IMG/VR virus record: IMGVR_UViG_3300032246_001368
Location: 32,001-96,000 of that record
Length of the DNA stretch: 64,000 bases
Direction: 5' to 3' (one strand)
Origin: a virus
Positions 1-9,633 of the stretch are shown here, in pieces; the stretch's first letter is position 1; each line of letters opens with the position of its first letter. The notes beneath the pieces are model-generated. The model had not been told where the DNA came from and did no database searches. It saw only the letters and a program-made list of their open reading frames with translations. The position numbers and the translations under genes were made by a program.

Positions 1-180
1 GTATTTTCAAAGAATAATGAACTTCCTTTCTGGTTTGGTAATGCAAAAGTGCATTACTCACATCAGTGTGTTTTACTTAAAAAGGCTCCAGAGCATTACA
101 GTAAGCATTTTCCTTTTGCTGATCCTAATCTAGGATATGTATGGCCAGATTGTCGTCATAACTTCTATTGGCATAAGTAA
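1..180 (+). CDS. C-terminal fragment of a pyrimidine-dimer DNA glycosylase-like protein (MSMEG_6728/Pyr_excise family)
   Basis: Frame 1 reads VFSKNNELPFWFGNAKVHYSHQCVLLKKAPEHYSKHFPFADPNLGYVWP...*, matching the family C-terminal pattern PxWxGxxxxHxSHxxxLLxKxPEHY...YVWP. Confidence 0.65.
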   Translation, partial: VFSKNNELPFWFGNAKVHYSHQCVLLKKAPEHYSKHFPFADPNLGYVWPDCRHNFYWHK

Positions 181-190
181 ATAATATATA

Positions 191-637
191 ATGAACTTTA
201 AAGACTTCTATACCGTGAATGAAAATGTAAACAAATTTGATATTGGGTGGCAAGTAGTACGTACTGACGCAAGAGACATTAAAGATGTGCCTAAGAAAAT
301 TTCTTTTGTTCTACATTTTTTAAACTCTCATCCTACTAAGGAAAATTATGGCAGAGTACATAATTGGCTTAGAATGGCTAAACTCGGCTATAAATCAGAA
401 CCTGAAAAAGCACAAGATTTTGAACATGCTTTAGATCAAATAGAAAATCACAAAGAGAAATACTCTTCAGAAGAAACCTCTGAAGGAGATTTATCATCTA
501 TTAGTAATGATAAATTACAAAAGGTTTATAAAGACCTTAAGAAAAGAAAATACGGATTCCAAATCAAAACAGTACCTAAAGCACATACTGAATTCTTACA
601 CAAATTAGAAAAAGAATTGAGTAAGAGAAAAATTTAA
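191..637 (+). CDS. Hypothetical protein, possible internal head protein
   Basis: 148-aa ORF preceded by TAAGTA/TAAATA late-type motifs; N-terminus MNFKDFYTVNE resembles a capsid-targeting peptide. Confidence 0.6.
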   Translation: MNFKDFYTVNENVNKFDIGWQVVRTDARDIKDVPKKISFVLHFLNSHPTKENYGRVHNWLRMAKLGYKSEPEKAQDFEHALDQIENHKEKYSSEETSEGDLSSISNDKLQKVYKDLKKRKYGFQIKTVPKAHTEFLHKLEKELSKRKI

Positions 638-639
638 TA

Positions 640-1116
640 TTATTCCTGTTCAATATCAGGAAGTAATTCTACTCTTTCTCTCTTTGGTTTGTCATAAATC
701 TTTGACATAATCTCATCTCTTGTTGCGATTAACACATTAGTAGTTGGTGGCTTAATACTCTTGACAGCCGACACTTCCATCTCTTTGAGCTGAATACTAT
801 TCTTAATATTTTTATTCTGCATATTAAGTTTATTGAGACTATCAATTGCTTTTGTGGTCGCATTAATTAAAGAAGCAAGTGCACCTATCTCCATAGGATT
901 CTGACCAGTTATAATAATATCTTTTAAAGAATTAACTGCATCTAAACTTGCTTCAATATTCTCCGTTGTTTTTCGAATAACATATTCATTGATATTCTCA
1001 TCATTGACATCTGGTATGATTATTGCCTCATTATCTGTCGCAGTTAGTTTACTTGAAGATACAGAATCTGCCTTGAGCTGTTCTACTATAGCATCTATTT
1101 CGTTATTTGATTCCAT
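640..1116 (-). CDS. Probable terminase small subunit (T4 gp16-like)
   Basis: Size and pattern (helical NPMEIGALASLINATTKAIDSLNKL, then TNVLIATRDEIMSKI) resemble T4-like gp16 proteins. Confidence 0.45.
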   Translation of the reverse strand: MESNNEIDAIVEQLKADSVSSSKLTATDNEAIIIPDVNDENINEYVIRKTTENIEASLDAVNSLKDIIITGQNPMEIGALASLINATTKAIDSLNKLNMQNKNIKNSIQLKEMEVSAVKSIKPPTTNVLIATRDEIMSKIYDKPKRERVELLPDIEQE

Positions 1117-1337
1117 GTTGAATTTTTATATAAATCATTTATTATATATGTATGACTACTAGAATACTTATAGAAAATGTCGGAGAATTCCACCTTCAGC
1201 CAGAACTCGTACCTTCCTTGATAGGTTGGCTTAACTCTAATCAAGCAGTTAAGGGCCAGAAACCAGATGATAATATCAAAGAAATTATCAATATACAATT
1301 TCCTGGAAAAGAGTTAATTAACGGTTAATATAAAAAT

Positions 1338-1775
1338 ATGATAGAGCCAATTAAAATCCATTTTGTTAAGACACATCCAGATGCAATTCTTCCTTCTAAG
1401 AAGAATATCAGTGATACTGGATACGATCTCACAGCAGTTGAGAATGTAAAGATTCCAGCTAAAGACAGTGCAATAATTCCTACTGGGTTGCAAGTAGCTA
1501 AGACAGAAAAGGGTCTTTGGTATTTAATTCTCCCACGTTCTGGAATGGGTTTCAAGCATGGAATACAACCACATTTAGGAGTTATAGATAATTCCTACAG
1601 AGGTGATTTAGCAGTCAAGCTTTACAACTTTTCAGACGTTGAATATAATGTCCTTAAAGGTGATAGAATAGCTCAAATAGCATACTTTCCTCTTCTGTGT
1701 GTTGAACCTACTTGGACAGAAGAAATAGAAGAAACAAATAGAGGTTCTAATGGATTTGGTAGCTCTGGAAACTAA
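1338..1775 (+). CDS. dut: Trimeric dUTPase
   Basis: Motifs GYDL, PRSG, GVIDNSYRG, GDRIAQ, RGSNGFGSSG. Confidence 0.95.
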   Translation: MIEPIKIHFVKTHPDAILPSKKNISDTGYDLTAVENVKIPAKDSAIIPTGLQVAKTEKGLWYLILPRSGMGFKHGIQPHLGVIDNSYRGDLAVKLYNFSDVEYNVLKGDRIAQIAYFPLLCVEPTWTEEIEETNRGSNGFGSSGN

Positions 1776-2710
1776 TGGACAATCATTACGAGAGATTATG
1801 GTGTGAAAAGTACCGCCCAAAGACTCTGAAAGATATTCTTCTTTCAGAAGATAATCGAGCACACTTTTCTACATTAAATGAAGATACACCCAATATTCTT
1901 TTCTATGGATCTCCAGGCACAGGTAAAAGTACCTTGGCTAAGATCATAGTTAATGATATTCTCAAGTGCCAGTATCTGTATATCAATGCTTCTGATGAAA
2001 GCGGCATTGATACTATCAGAAATAAAGTCATTAGCTTTGCTCAAACTAGATCAATTGATAGTAAGAAGAAAGTAGTCATCTTGGAAGAGGCTGATGGTCT
2101 TACTGGTGATGCATTGCGCATCCTTCGTAATGTAATGGAGGAATACGTTGACACCACTCGGTTTATTCTTACAGCCAATTACCTGAATAAGATAATTGAA
2201 CCTATCAGATCTCGTTGTATGCTTTTTAGATTACAGCCGGATATACTTGGATGTATTAGTAGAATTGTAGAAATTCTCAAAGCAGAAAACATTAAGATTG
2301 ATGCTTCTACAAAAGATAAACTCAGTGAATGGATTGCAGACAGGTATCCGGATCTTAGACGCATCATTAATGACCTTCAGAGATATTCAGTTACAGGTAC
2401 ATTAATATTTCCAGAAGAAAATTTAGTAACTGATCTAGTAGGCTATATAATCAAGGGATTAACTGTAGCAAAAATATCTGCTTTAGATATTAGAAAAAAG
2501 GTTATTGAATCTGAAAAGACATTCAATAATGATTATCAACAACTCCTTAAAGAGATGTTTGATTTTGTTTACGACTCTGATCTTCCAGAGAAGGTGAAGA
2601 AAGTTCTTCTAGTAGATATAGGAGAGCACATGTACCGAGACGTCTTTGTGCTTGACCACGAGATTAATTTTTTCTGTGCTCTCCTATCTATTGAATCTTC
2701 TTTAAATTAA
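1775..2710 (+). CDS. Sliding-clamp loader AAA+ subunit (T4 gp44/RFC-small-like)
   Basis: LWCEKYRPKTL, Walker A GSPGTGKST, INASDESGIDTIR, ILEEADGLT, SRC, PDLRRIIN motifs. Confidence 0.93.
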   Translation: MDNHYERLWCEKYRPKTLKDILLSEDNRAHFSTLNEDTPNILFYGSPGTGKSTLAKIIVNDILKCQYLYINASDESGIDTIRNKVISFAQTRSIDSKKKVVILEEADGLTGDALRILRNVMEEYVDTTRFILTANYLNKIIEPIRSRCMLFRLQPDILGCISRIVEILKAENIKIDASTKDKLSEWIADRYPDLRRIINDLQRYSVTGTLIFPEENLVTDLVGYIIKGLTVAKISALDIRKKVIESEKTFNNDYQQLLKEMFDFVYDSDLPEKVKKVLLVDIGEHMYRDVFVLDHEINFFCALLSIESSLN

Positions 2711-3246
2711 GACTTAGAGATCTTTACGTTCTTAGTTGGTAAAGAATCGTCCTTTGGTCTATTATTTAAAATATCAAACTCATTCTTCAGTTCAGTTGGT
2801 TTAGTGCCAACGGGGCGTTCGTATTTGTTAGGAACACCCTGAACTGGAGGAAGGTTATTACCGAAGTTTAACACTTCGACATATTCATAATTTCCAGGAA
2901 CATTGAATTCATTGAATTCTGTAGGCCATTGAACTGTTCTTGGATCTGTCTTGAGAGTAAGCATGATGCTTGAACCACCGGCTAAGTCAACAGCGTCTTT
3001 AGAACTGCCATTTACAGAATTACTTGCGACATCATGAATAAAGAAGAACGTATCAGGATTTGCATCTAAGATACTTTTAATCCAAGCATCAAAGACACCA
3101 TCTTTTTGATATCTCTCTTTATAGAAAGATGACTTAAAAAAAGCTGGCAAAAGCTTTACGGGAGAATTAGTGCGAAACCCACCATTTGAAAAATGGGTAA
3201 ATGCCTTCTCGCACAAGGTTTCAAATTTGTTGTATTTTTGACTCAT
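2707..3246 (-). CDS. Hypothetical protein (late, possibly virion)
   Basis: 179-aa ORF divergent from gp25, sharing the palindromic TAAATATTTA late motif. Confidence 0.6.
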   Translation of the reverse strand: MSQKYNKFETLCEKAFTHFSNGGFRTNSPVKLLPAFFKSSFYKERYQKDGVFDAWIKSILDANPDTFFFIHDVASNSVNGSSKDAVDLAGGSSIMLTLKTDPRTVQWPTEFNEFNVPGNYEYVEVLNFGNNLPPVQGVPNKYERPVGTKPTELKNEFDILNNRPKDDSLPTKNVKISKS

Positions 3247-3264
3247 ATATATAGTAGTTGGACC

Positions 3265-3274
3265 TAAATATTTA
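3265..3274. promoter_or_regulatory. Palindromic late-promoter core TAAATATTTA serving two divergent genes
   Basis: TAAATA reads on both strands between ATG 3246(-) and ATG 3282(+); resembles the T4 late consensus TATAAATA. Confidence 0.5.
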
Positions 3275-3281
3275 CCTCCAC

Positions 3282-3788
3282 ATGGCTACAATTTACCTGG
3301 ATAATTTAATAAACCCGCGCCAAACCAATTCTTCTGCCACTACCGTGTCCAAAGAAACCCCCTCTACTGGACCAATTTATACAGATTTACACCTTGATTT
3401 AGTAATAGCAAAAAACGCTGGGGTGGGATTGAATGCTCATGATTCTGATGATATTGAGATAGATGAAGATACTGCAGCCATTAAAAATTCTTTATATAAC
3501 ATATTTTCCACTATACCAGGACAGAAGTTATTAACACCTTCCTTTGGAGCCTCTTTAGATCAATATGTATTTGAGTCTGTAGATACAATGAGAGGCAAAA
3601 TCATCGGTGAAGACATCTTAAGAGCAATAACAACCTTTGAACCTAGGATCCAAGTCCTAAATATAGAAGTATATCCTAAACCAGACGAATTAATGTACTA
3701 CATTATTTTAGTATATCAATTAGTAGGTCTTAATAAGGTATACAGAAATCAAATACAAGTAGAATCTAATAATATCAAAGTAATATGA
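3282..3788 (+). CDS. Baseplate wedge subunit, T4 gp25-like (GPW/gp25 family)
   Basis: AIKNSLYNIFSTIPGQKLLTPSFGASLDQYVFE...AITTFEPRIQV signature; ATG 3282 preferred over TTG 3258. Confidence 0.88.
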   Translation: MATIYLDNLINPRQTNSSATTVSKETPSTGPIYTDLHLDLVIAKNAGVGLNAHDSDDIEIDEDTAAIKNSLYNIFSTIPGQKLLTPSFGASLDQYVFESVDTMRGKIIGEDILRAITTFEPRIQVLNIEVYPKPDELMYYIILVYQLVGLNKVYRNQIQVESNNIKVI

Positions 3789-5584
3789 GCGATAATTTCT
3801 TTAATTCCAATACATATGTAACTTTTGACGGAACAAGTCTGAGAGATTTAATAATCAATCGACTTAATCAAGGTCAAGTGTTCACTGATCAAAACTATCA
3901 AGGGTCTAATTTCTCTGCATTAATAGATGTTATTAGTTATTCTTTTAGTACTCTTTTATTTTATTTAAATAAAACGTCTTCTGAAAGCACATTTTCAGAT
4001 GCACAGGTTTATGAAAACATGAACCGCATTGTTAAGCTTTTAAATTATAAGCCAGTTGGAAGATTAACCCAAAATGTTCCCTTTGATCTATCTATTAACA
4101 GTAGTCTGTCACAAGGAAATTATTTTATCCCTAGATATAGTTATGTTAATGTAGGTGGAACAACATTTTCATTCAATCAAGATGTTAATTTTTCTAAATT
4201 AACAAACGGACAAGAATCAATAGCCGATATTTCAAATAACTATTTGCTCTATCAAGGAACATTCCAAGAATATCCATTATATTCTGCAGCTGGAATAGAT
4301 AACGAAGTATTGTTCCTGTCTCTTTCAGATAATACATATATTGATCACTTCAATATCCATGTTTATGTAAAACCTCAAAACACTACATCATGGAAGCGCT
4401 GGAGTAATGTAACAGAATTATTTTTACACGGATCAGTTGATGAGGTTTATGAAACTAGATTTAACGAAAACAAAAAATATGAAATTAAATTTGGTGACAA
4501 CATCAACGGTAAGAAATTAAATCAAGGTGATCAAATAGCTGTTTATTATTTAAAGATAGACCCCACAGCCACGGGCATAGGAGCCAATTCATTAAATGGT
4601 AATCCTATAGTAAAATTTAATTCTGTTCAATATAATACTATATTAACTGACACAAACTCAACTTATGAAAATGCTCTTTCTCCTGCTCAGTTAAAGGATC
4701 TTACATTATCTAATGTTTTCCCTTCTACTTCTTACTCTTCAGAAGAAACCGTAGACGATATAAGACAAAATGCCCCTAAGAATTTCAGATCCCAGTATCG
4801 TCTTGTTACAATACCTGATTATGAAACCTTTGTTAAAACCAATTATGCTAATTTATTAGCAGACGTGAAAGTTGTGCCTAATGACGACTATCTCAAAGGA
4901 CATATAAGATACCTCTACGATATAGGGTTAAACAACCCACAGCTCCAAAATCAAATATTGTTTAATCAGATAAAATTTGCTAACAGCTGTAACTTTAACA
5001 ACTTATATGTTTACTGTGTACCTAAAAATGTTTATCAGGAATATTTGTCAGCTCCTCAAAAAGAAATAATTTTAAACGGATTACAAGATTCCAAAACCAT
5101 TACGACACAAATAGTTCCTATTGACCCGGTTTATGTTTATATGGATTTTTATGTTGCAGCTCCTAATGTTCCATTGGCTCTCTCTGACATAAACAATAGT
5201 AAACTTCGCATAATCAAAACTGCAAATACCCGCAGAGCAGATTCTTCTATTTTGAATGATGTAAAAAATGTATTTTCTTCAACCTTTAATAGAACAACAT
5301 CTAAACTAGGACAATTAATCAATATGTATCAATTATCTATTGACCTTTTAAATATAGATGGAATACAAGCAGTTCAAACATACAGAGCGGATGTAGGAGC
5401 TTACGTCAACGGTGTATCTTTAGTGTTGTGGAATAATTTATATCCTACTCAAGACATTTCATTACACACTCAAAATGTAATATTAGAAAATTTCAAATAT
5501 CCTATATTTAATAATATTTCAGATTTATCTTCTCGCATAGAAGTAGTGGATAACTTCTCATCTGTCAAGGCTGTAGAATTTTAA
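3785..5584 (+). CDS. Baseplate wedge subunit, T4 gp6-like
   Basis: DQNYQGSNFSALIDVISY, EIKFGDNINGKKL, ETVDDIRQNAPKNFRSQYRLVTIPDYE motifs; follows gp25. Confidence 0.88.
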   Translation: MSDNFFNSNTYVTFDGTSLRDLIINRLNQGQVFTDQNYQGSNFSALIDVISYSFSTLLFYLNKTSSESTFSDAQVYENMNRIVKLLNYKPVGRLTQNVPFDLSINSSLSQGNYFIPRYSYVNVGGTTFSFNQDVNFSKLTNGQESIADISNNYLLYQGTFQEYPLYSAAGIDNEVLFLSLSDNTYIDHFNIHVYVKPQNTTSWKRWSNVTELFLHGSVDEVYETRFNENKKYEIKFGDNINGKKLNQGDQIAVYYLKIDPTATGIGANSLNGNPIVKFNSVQYNTILTDTNSTYENALSPAQLKDLTLSNVFPSTSYSSEETVDDIRQNAPKNFRSQYRLVTIPDYETFVKTNYANLLADVKVVPNDDYLKGHIRYLYDIGLNNPQLQNQILFNQIKFANSCNFNNLYVYCVPKNVYQEYLSAPQKEIILNGLQDSKTITTQIVPIDPVYVYMDFYVAAPNVPLALSDINNSKLRIIKTANTRRADSSILNDVKNVFSSTFNRTTSKLGQLINMYQLSIDLLNIDGIQAVQTYRADVGAYVNGVSLVLWNNLYPTQDISLHTQNVILENFKYPIFNNISDLSSRIEVVDNFSSVKAVEF

Positions 5585-5590
5585 CGCATC

Positions 5591-8500
5591 ATGCAATCAT
5601 CCTTAGTCAATAATCTTTTAGCATATTGGAAATTAAACGAAACTAGTGGAACGAGATTAGATTCTACTGGTAATAATCATTCCATATCAGAGGCAAACGG
5701 AACCGTTAATAGTGCTAGTGGTCTTTTATCCAAAGCTGCTTACATTTCTAACGGAAATACAAATTCTTGGTTAAAATTACCCCCCGGAATTTGTGATGTA
5801 GGAAACGGGCAAAAAACATTTTCTATATGGTTTAAAATAAATCAGACAAATATAGGATATCAATGGATATGGATGAATGGGTATACTGGAGGTTCTAATG
5901 ATATAGGTATTTGTTATATTGAAAATGGCAGTTATTTAAATTCTTTATTCGTAACAAATACAGAAAGTCATTGGGATGCATACAATCTTGGAGGAAATAT
6001 AGTTCCTACAGCAAATGTTTGGCATCATTTTGTTTGCACATTTAGTGGAGATACATACACTGCCTATTATGACGGGGAACAGATAGCTCAATTTGGTTAT
6101 AGTGGTACAGTTATATCCAGCGGCACGGAATATACATTAGGCCATTATAATCAAGCTCCTACCCTTGGTGCTTTCAAGGGAGCACTGGATGAAGTAGGTA
6201 TATGGAATAGAGTTTTATCACCAGCCGAAATAACCAATTTATACAACAATAGATTAGGAGATTCTTATCCCTTTTATGGTCCATCAAATTTTGTCGTAGA
6301 CTTAAATAGAGGATATGCAGGAGTTACAGAATTCAATTTTAATTCCTATATAAATCCTGCATATGAAGTAACCGCTGTATTATGGGGATTTGGTGATGGA
6401 TCAACCAGCAGAGAGTTAAATCCTAAACACACATACTACGTTCCAGGCAATTATACGGTTTATTTTAATATATACACATCTTCAACAGAAGTTATTAGTT
6501 TAACTAGTAATGTAAACATAGATGTATATTTAAATGAATCAATATATTTTGATTTTGTTCCTCCTCCTACTTTTGCCGGTCATTACAACAGATACCCATT
6601 TAAAATTAATATTACATCAAGTAATACTGGTCCTCATTATATTGATCTTGGAGCCCAATTCTCAAGATCTTATCAATCACAAAATCCATCTAATAAATGG
6701 TCTTTCCTCAGACCACAATGGAGATTTTTAGATTTAGACGGTAATGTCATAACATCAGTTAAAACAAAAGATACAATTATTAAGATTAATAATAGCAATG
6801 CTATAGATCCCACAGGTTTTGTGGCTGGTGTAACAGGAACTGCAGAATTTTATTTCGTTGATGATATATACAATTCAGATTTAGTTGTATCCAGACAACC
6901 TTATACAACACTCATAGCAACTCTTCAAACAAGTGCTATAAGATCTTTTAAAGATGGTATAAACACAGATAAAGAATTGCCTAGTTTTAGTAATAGTTTA
7001 GCAATAGCCACCAGTCCTTATATGGTATTGTGGAGAACACCAGAGAATATCAAAATAACCGAGAACGGCATTAGACAGCACAGTAATCCAAGATGGAATG
7101 GCGTTAATAATAGTCTCATAGTAAACACAGATTTTAGAGAATATGCATACCCTGATGAATGGGTAGATGGTAAGGGAGTGGAGATAGCATCCCCTGAAGA
7201 TTTTTTCATACACAATTTTCCGTTATCCAATTCTGAAGAAATAAAATTAAATGTAGGTGTTGTGGGATTAAGTGCTAATTTTACACCCCAACCCACAGAA
7301 ATGGTTTGGATAGACGAAACCGGTTATAAGGTTCCAGGATATTATAAAGGAAGATTTGAAACGTCTCATGTAGATACTTTAGGTGCTACAATTACTGCTA
7401 ATACCACCATTACGATGCCTCCAATGTCTAGTAATTTCTTCAATCCTGTGTTATGGGTGTCTAATCCAGAAGCTGGAATGTTGGCTACTGTACAATACAA
7501 ATACCAACCCAATTTATCTGACGCAACGACCTCTAATTTAGATGTTGCACAAATCTTTACTTTTGACGTTCCTATATTAAATGACGATGTTGATTTTGTA
7601 AAAGATCCCATGGCGTTATCAGGGTTCCACGGCATTAATAGTTTTGCAGCTTTGCCATCACCCAATTATCATGCATGGGCATCTGATTCAGAATTAAATT
7701 ATCTTTATAGATTTTCTTCCAACGGTCAAATTCTTTGTGCTGTAGATATTAATAAAATTATTACAGATAATAAATTAGGATTTTCAGTTCCTAAACAATG
7801 CTCACCAGTGTCTATTGCTCTTGATGGCAATCGCAATATATGGATGACTCTTTACGATACTGTATCTACATTAAAATTTGATAGTATGGGTAATTTCTTA
7901 TTTGCAGTTAGCCCATTATCAGCTACTGGTTATCCTTTACCTCCTAACATTTCTCCAGATTGGTTCGGAGAGTCTTCATATTATGATGCTAATGATTATC
8001 CTCCTTCTGGAAACGGTGATAATAATTTCGTAGAACCTACTGGTCTGGATACTGACACCAAAGACAATGTTTGGGTATCATATTCTAATTATGCTAGTGG
8101 ATATCTTGTAAAATATAGCTCCTCTGGCGGTTTATTAAATTCTCTAACATTTCCTCTTTGTTCTTGTCCTCAAGAAATTGTAGTAGATAAAAATGACGAT
8201 GTATGGTTAGCATTATCCAACCATATTTGGAATGGTCCTAGTTATATTGTAAAATTAAATTCTAATGGTCAAACATTAAGTTCTTTTGGTCCTTATAATG
8301 GTGTTAATCATTTAACAATAGACGTAAATCAGAATCTCTGGTTTACCTATAGTTATCAATGGATTGGTAATATAAACAACCTAACAGCGGATGTAACTAC
8401 ATTAGAAGTATCAGGAAATAATGTAACATCCAATATTCCAAATTGGTGGGACCCTAATTTAAATACAGATGAAACTGCTCTCGAAGGCATTGCAACCGAT

Positions 8501-9577
8501 TTAAGAGGATTTGTTTATGTTATTAATTCCGTAGAGAACCAGATATATGTTATAGATAGTTATAATAACGTTTTACAAAACAGATTCTACATTAATCCGC
8601 AAGGGTTTAATCATGTGATGGACGATCAAGAATCTCCTACAAAATTAATATACAATGTTTGGAATAAATCTGCTCAGGCAAGTGGAGACTGGTCTGGGTG
8701 GAAGTGGATTAACAAATTCAGAGATAGATTACCTTATTATACAGAAAAAACTACTACCAAATATCTTACAGGTGCAACAAACCCCTTGGATTTTTACAAT
8801 AATGATCCTTACGAAATTTTTAAAATAAATGAAGATCATGATTTAGCTGAGCAGATGAAATCGGTATCGTTTCAACCCATCTTAGCAAATAGTAATACAT
8901 TATTTGATGAATTCCTCGGCCCTATATTCGGACAATATCCTTTTGAAGCAGATGACCTCGGTGTTTCTTCATATGAAAAAATAGCAAACTTTGTTTCAAA
9001 TATATCAGATGCTGATTATTGTAACATAGATGAATTGTATAATATTTCGGATATGGTCGACTTGGATTTTGATAACTTCAAATTAACATATCCTACTTTA
9101 ATAAAGAGGCTTTTAAATTTTGCCAGTGTTAATCAATCAAGATTATGGGGTTCTAGATTATTAAATCAAGATAATTTCAAAAAACCCAGTGGAATGGGAA
9201 CTCTTAACAGAGGAGATTTGATAACATCGACATATTATACAATCACAGCAGGTGAACCAGTTGTATTAAAAACCAAATCACTTAACTCTTATCAGTTAAT
9301 ACCAACCGGTGAAATTAATGGTAATAATATCTATTCTCTCAATGATTTAGCAACATCTATAGGATTAGAAAATTATAATTGGCCTCAGTTCTATGAATTC
9401 TATGAATTTATACCTTCTTATGACAATACACAAATAGAAGGTTTAATTGATTGGAGTAATCCTCAAACGACTTTAAATGAGACACTATCAACATCTAATG
9501 ATTGGATGGGAAATGAAGGTATATTAGAAACTTTATTTTCTCACAAGTTGTATAAGGGTTTAGGATTAATAGATTAA
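5591..9577 (+). CDS. Large virion/baseplate protein with N-terminal LamG domain, PKD domain and beta-propeller-like repeats
   Basis: LLAYWKLNE...WHHFVCT...FKGALDEVGIWNRVLS (LamG); WGFGDGSTSRELNPKHTYYVPGNYTV (PKD); repeated D-x-x-x-N-(I/V)-W motifs. Confidence 0.75.
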   Translation: MQSSLVNNLLAYWKLNETSGTRLDSTGNNHSISEANGTVNSASGLLSKAAYISNGNTNSWLKLPPGICDVGNGQKTFSIWFKINQTNIGYQWIWMNGYTGGSNDIGICYIENGSYLNSLFVTNTESHWDAYNLGGNIVPTANVWHHFVCTFSGDTYTAYYDGEQIAQFGYSGTVISSGTEYTLGHYNQAPTLGAFKGALDEVGIWNRVLSPAEITNLYNNRLGDSYPFYGPSNFVVDLNRGYAGVTEFNFNSYINPAYEVTAVLWGFGDGSTSRELNPKHTYYVPGNYTVYFNIYTSSTEVISLTSNVNIDVYLNESIYFDFVPPPTFAGHYNRYPFKINITSSNTGPHYIDLGAQFSRSYQSQNPSNKWSFLRPQWRFLDLDGNVITSVKTKDTIIKINNSNAIDPTGFVAGVTGTAEFYFVDDIYNSDLVVSRQPYTTLIATLQTSAIRSFKDGINTDKELPSFSNSLAIATSPYMVLWRTPENIKITENGIRQHSNPRWNGVNNSLIVNTDFREYAYPDEWVDGKGVEIASPEDFFIHNFPLSNSEEIKLNVGVVGLSANFTPQPTEMVWIDETGYKVPGYYKGRFETSHVDTLGATITANTTITMPPMSSNFFNPVLWVSNPEAGMLATVQYKYQPNLSDATTSNLDVAQIFTFDVPILNDDVDFVKDPMALSGFHGINSFAALPSPNYHAWASDSELNYLYRFSSNGQILCAVDINKIITDNKLGFSVPKQCSPVSIALDGNRNIWMTLYDTVSTLKFDSMGNFLFAVSPLSATGYPLPPNISPDWFGESSYYDANDYPPSGNGDNNFVEPTGLDTDTKDNVWVSYSNYASGYLVKYSSSGGLLNSLTFPLCSCPQEIVVDKNDDVWLALSNHIWNGPSYIVKLNSNGQTLSSFGPYNGVNHLTIDVNQNLWFTYSYQWIGNINNLTADVTTLEVSGNNVTSNIPNWWDPNLNTDETALEGIATDLRGFVYVINSVENQIYVIDSYNNVLQNRFYINPQGFNHVMDDQESPTKLIYNVWNKSAQASGDWSGWKWINKFRDRLPYYTEKTTTKYLTGATNPLDFYNNDPYEIFKINEDHDLAEQMKSVSFQPILANSNTLFDEFLGPIFGQYPFEADDLGVSSYEKIANFVSNISDADYCNIDELYNISDMVDLDFDNFKLTYPTLIKRLLNFASVNQSRLWGSRLLNQDNFKKPSGMGTLNRGDLITSTYYTITAGEPVVLKTKSLNSYQLIPTGEINGNNIYSLNDLATSIGLENYNWPQFYEFYEFIPSYDNTQIEGLIDWSNPQTTLNETLSTSNDWMGNEGILETLFSHKLYKGLGLID

Positions 9578-9633
9578 TCTTAAACGTAATAAATCCATTG
9601 CACAAAAGGATTTTGTTCTAAATATTAGAAGAC

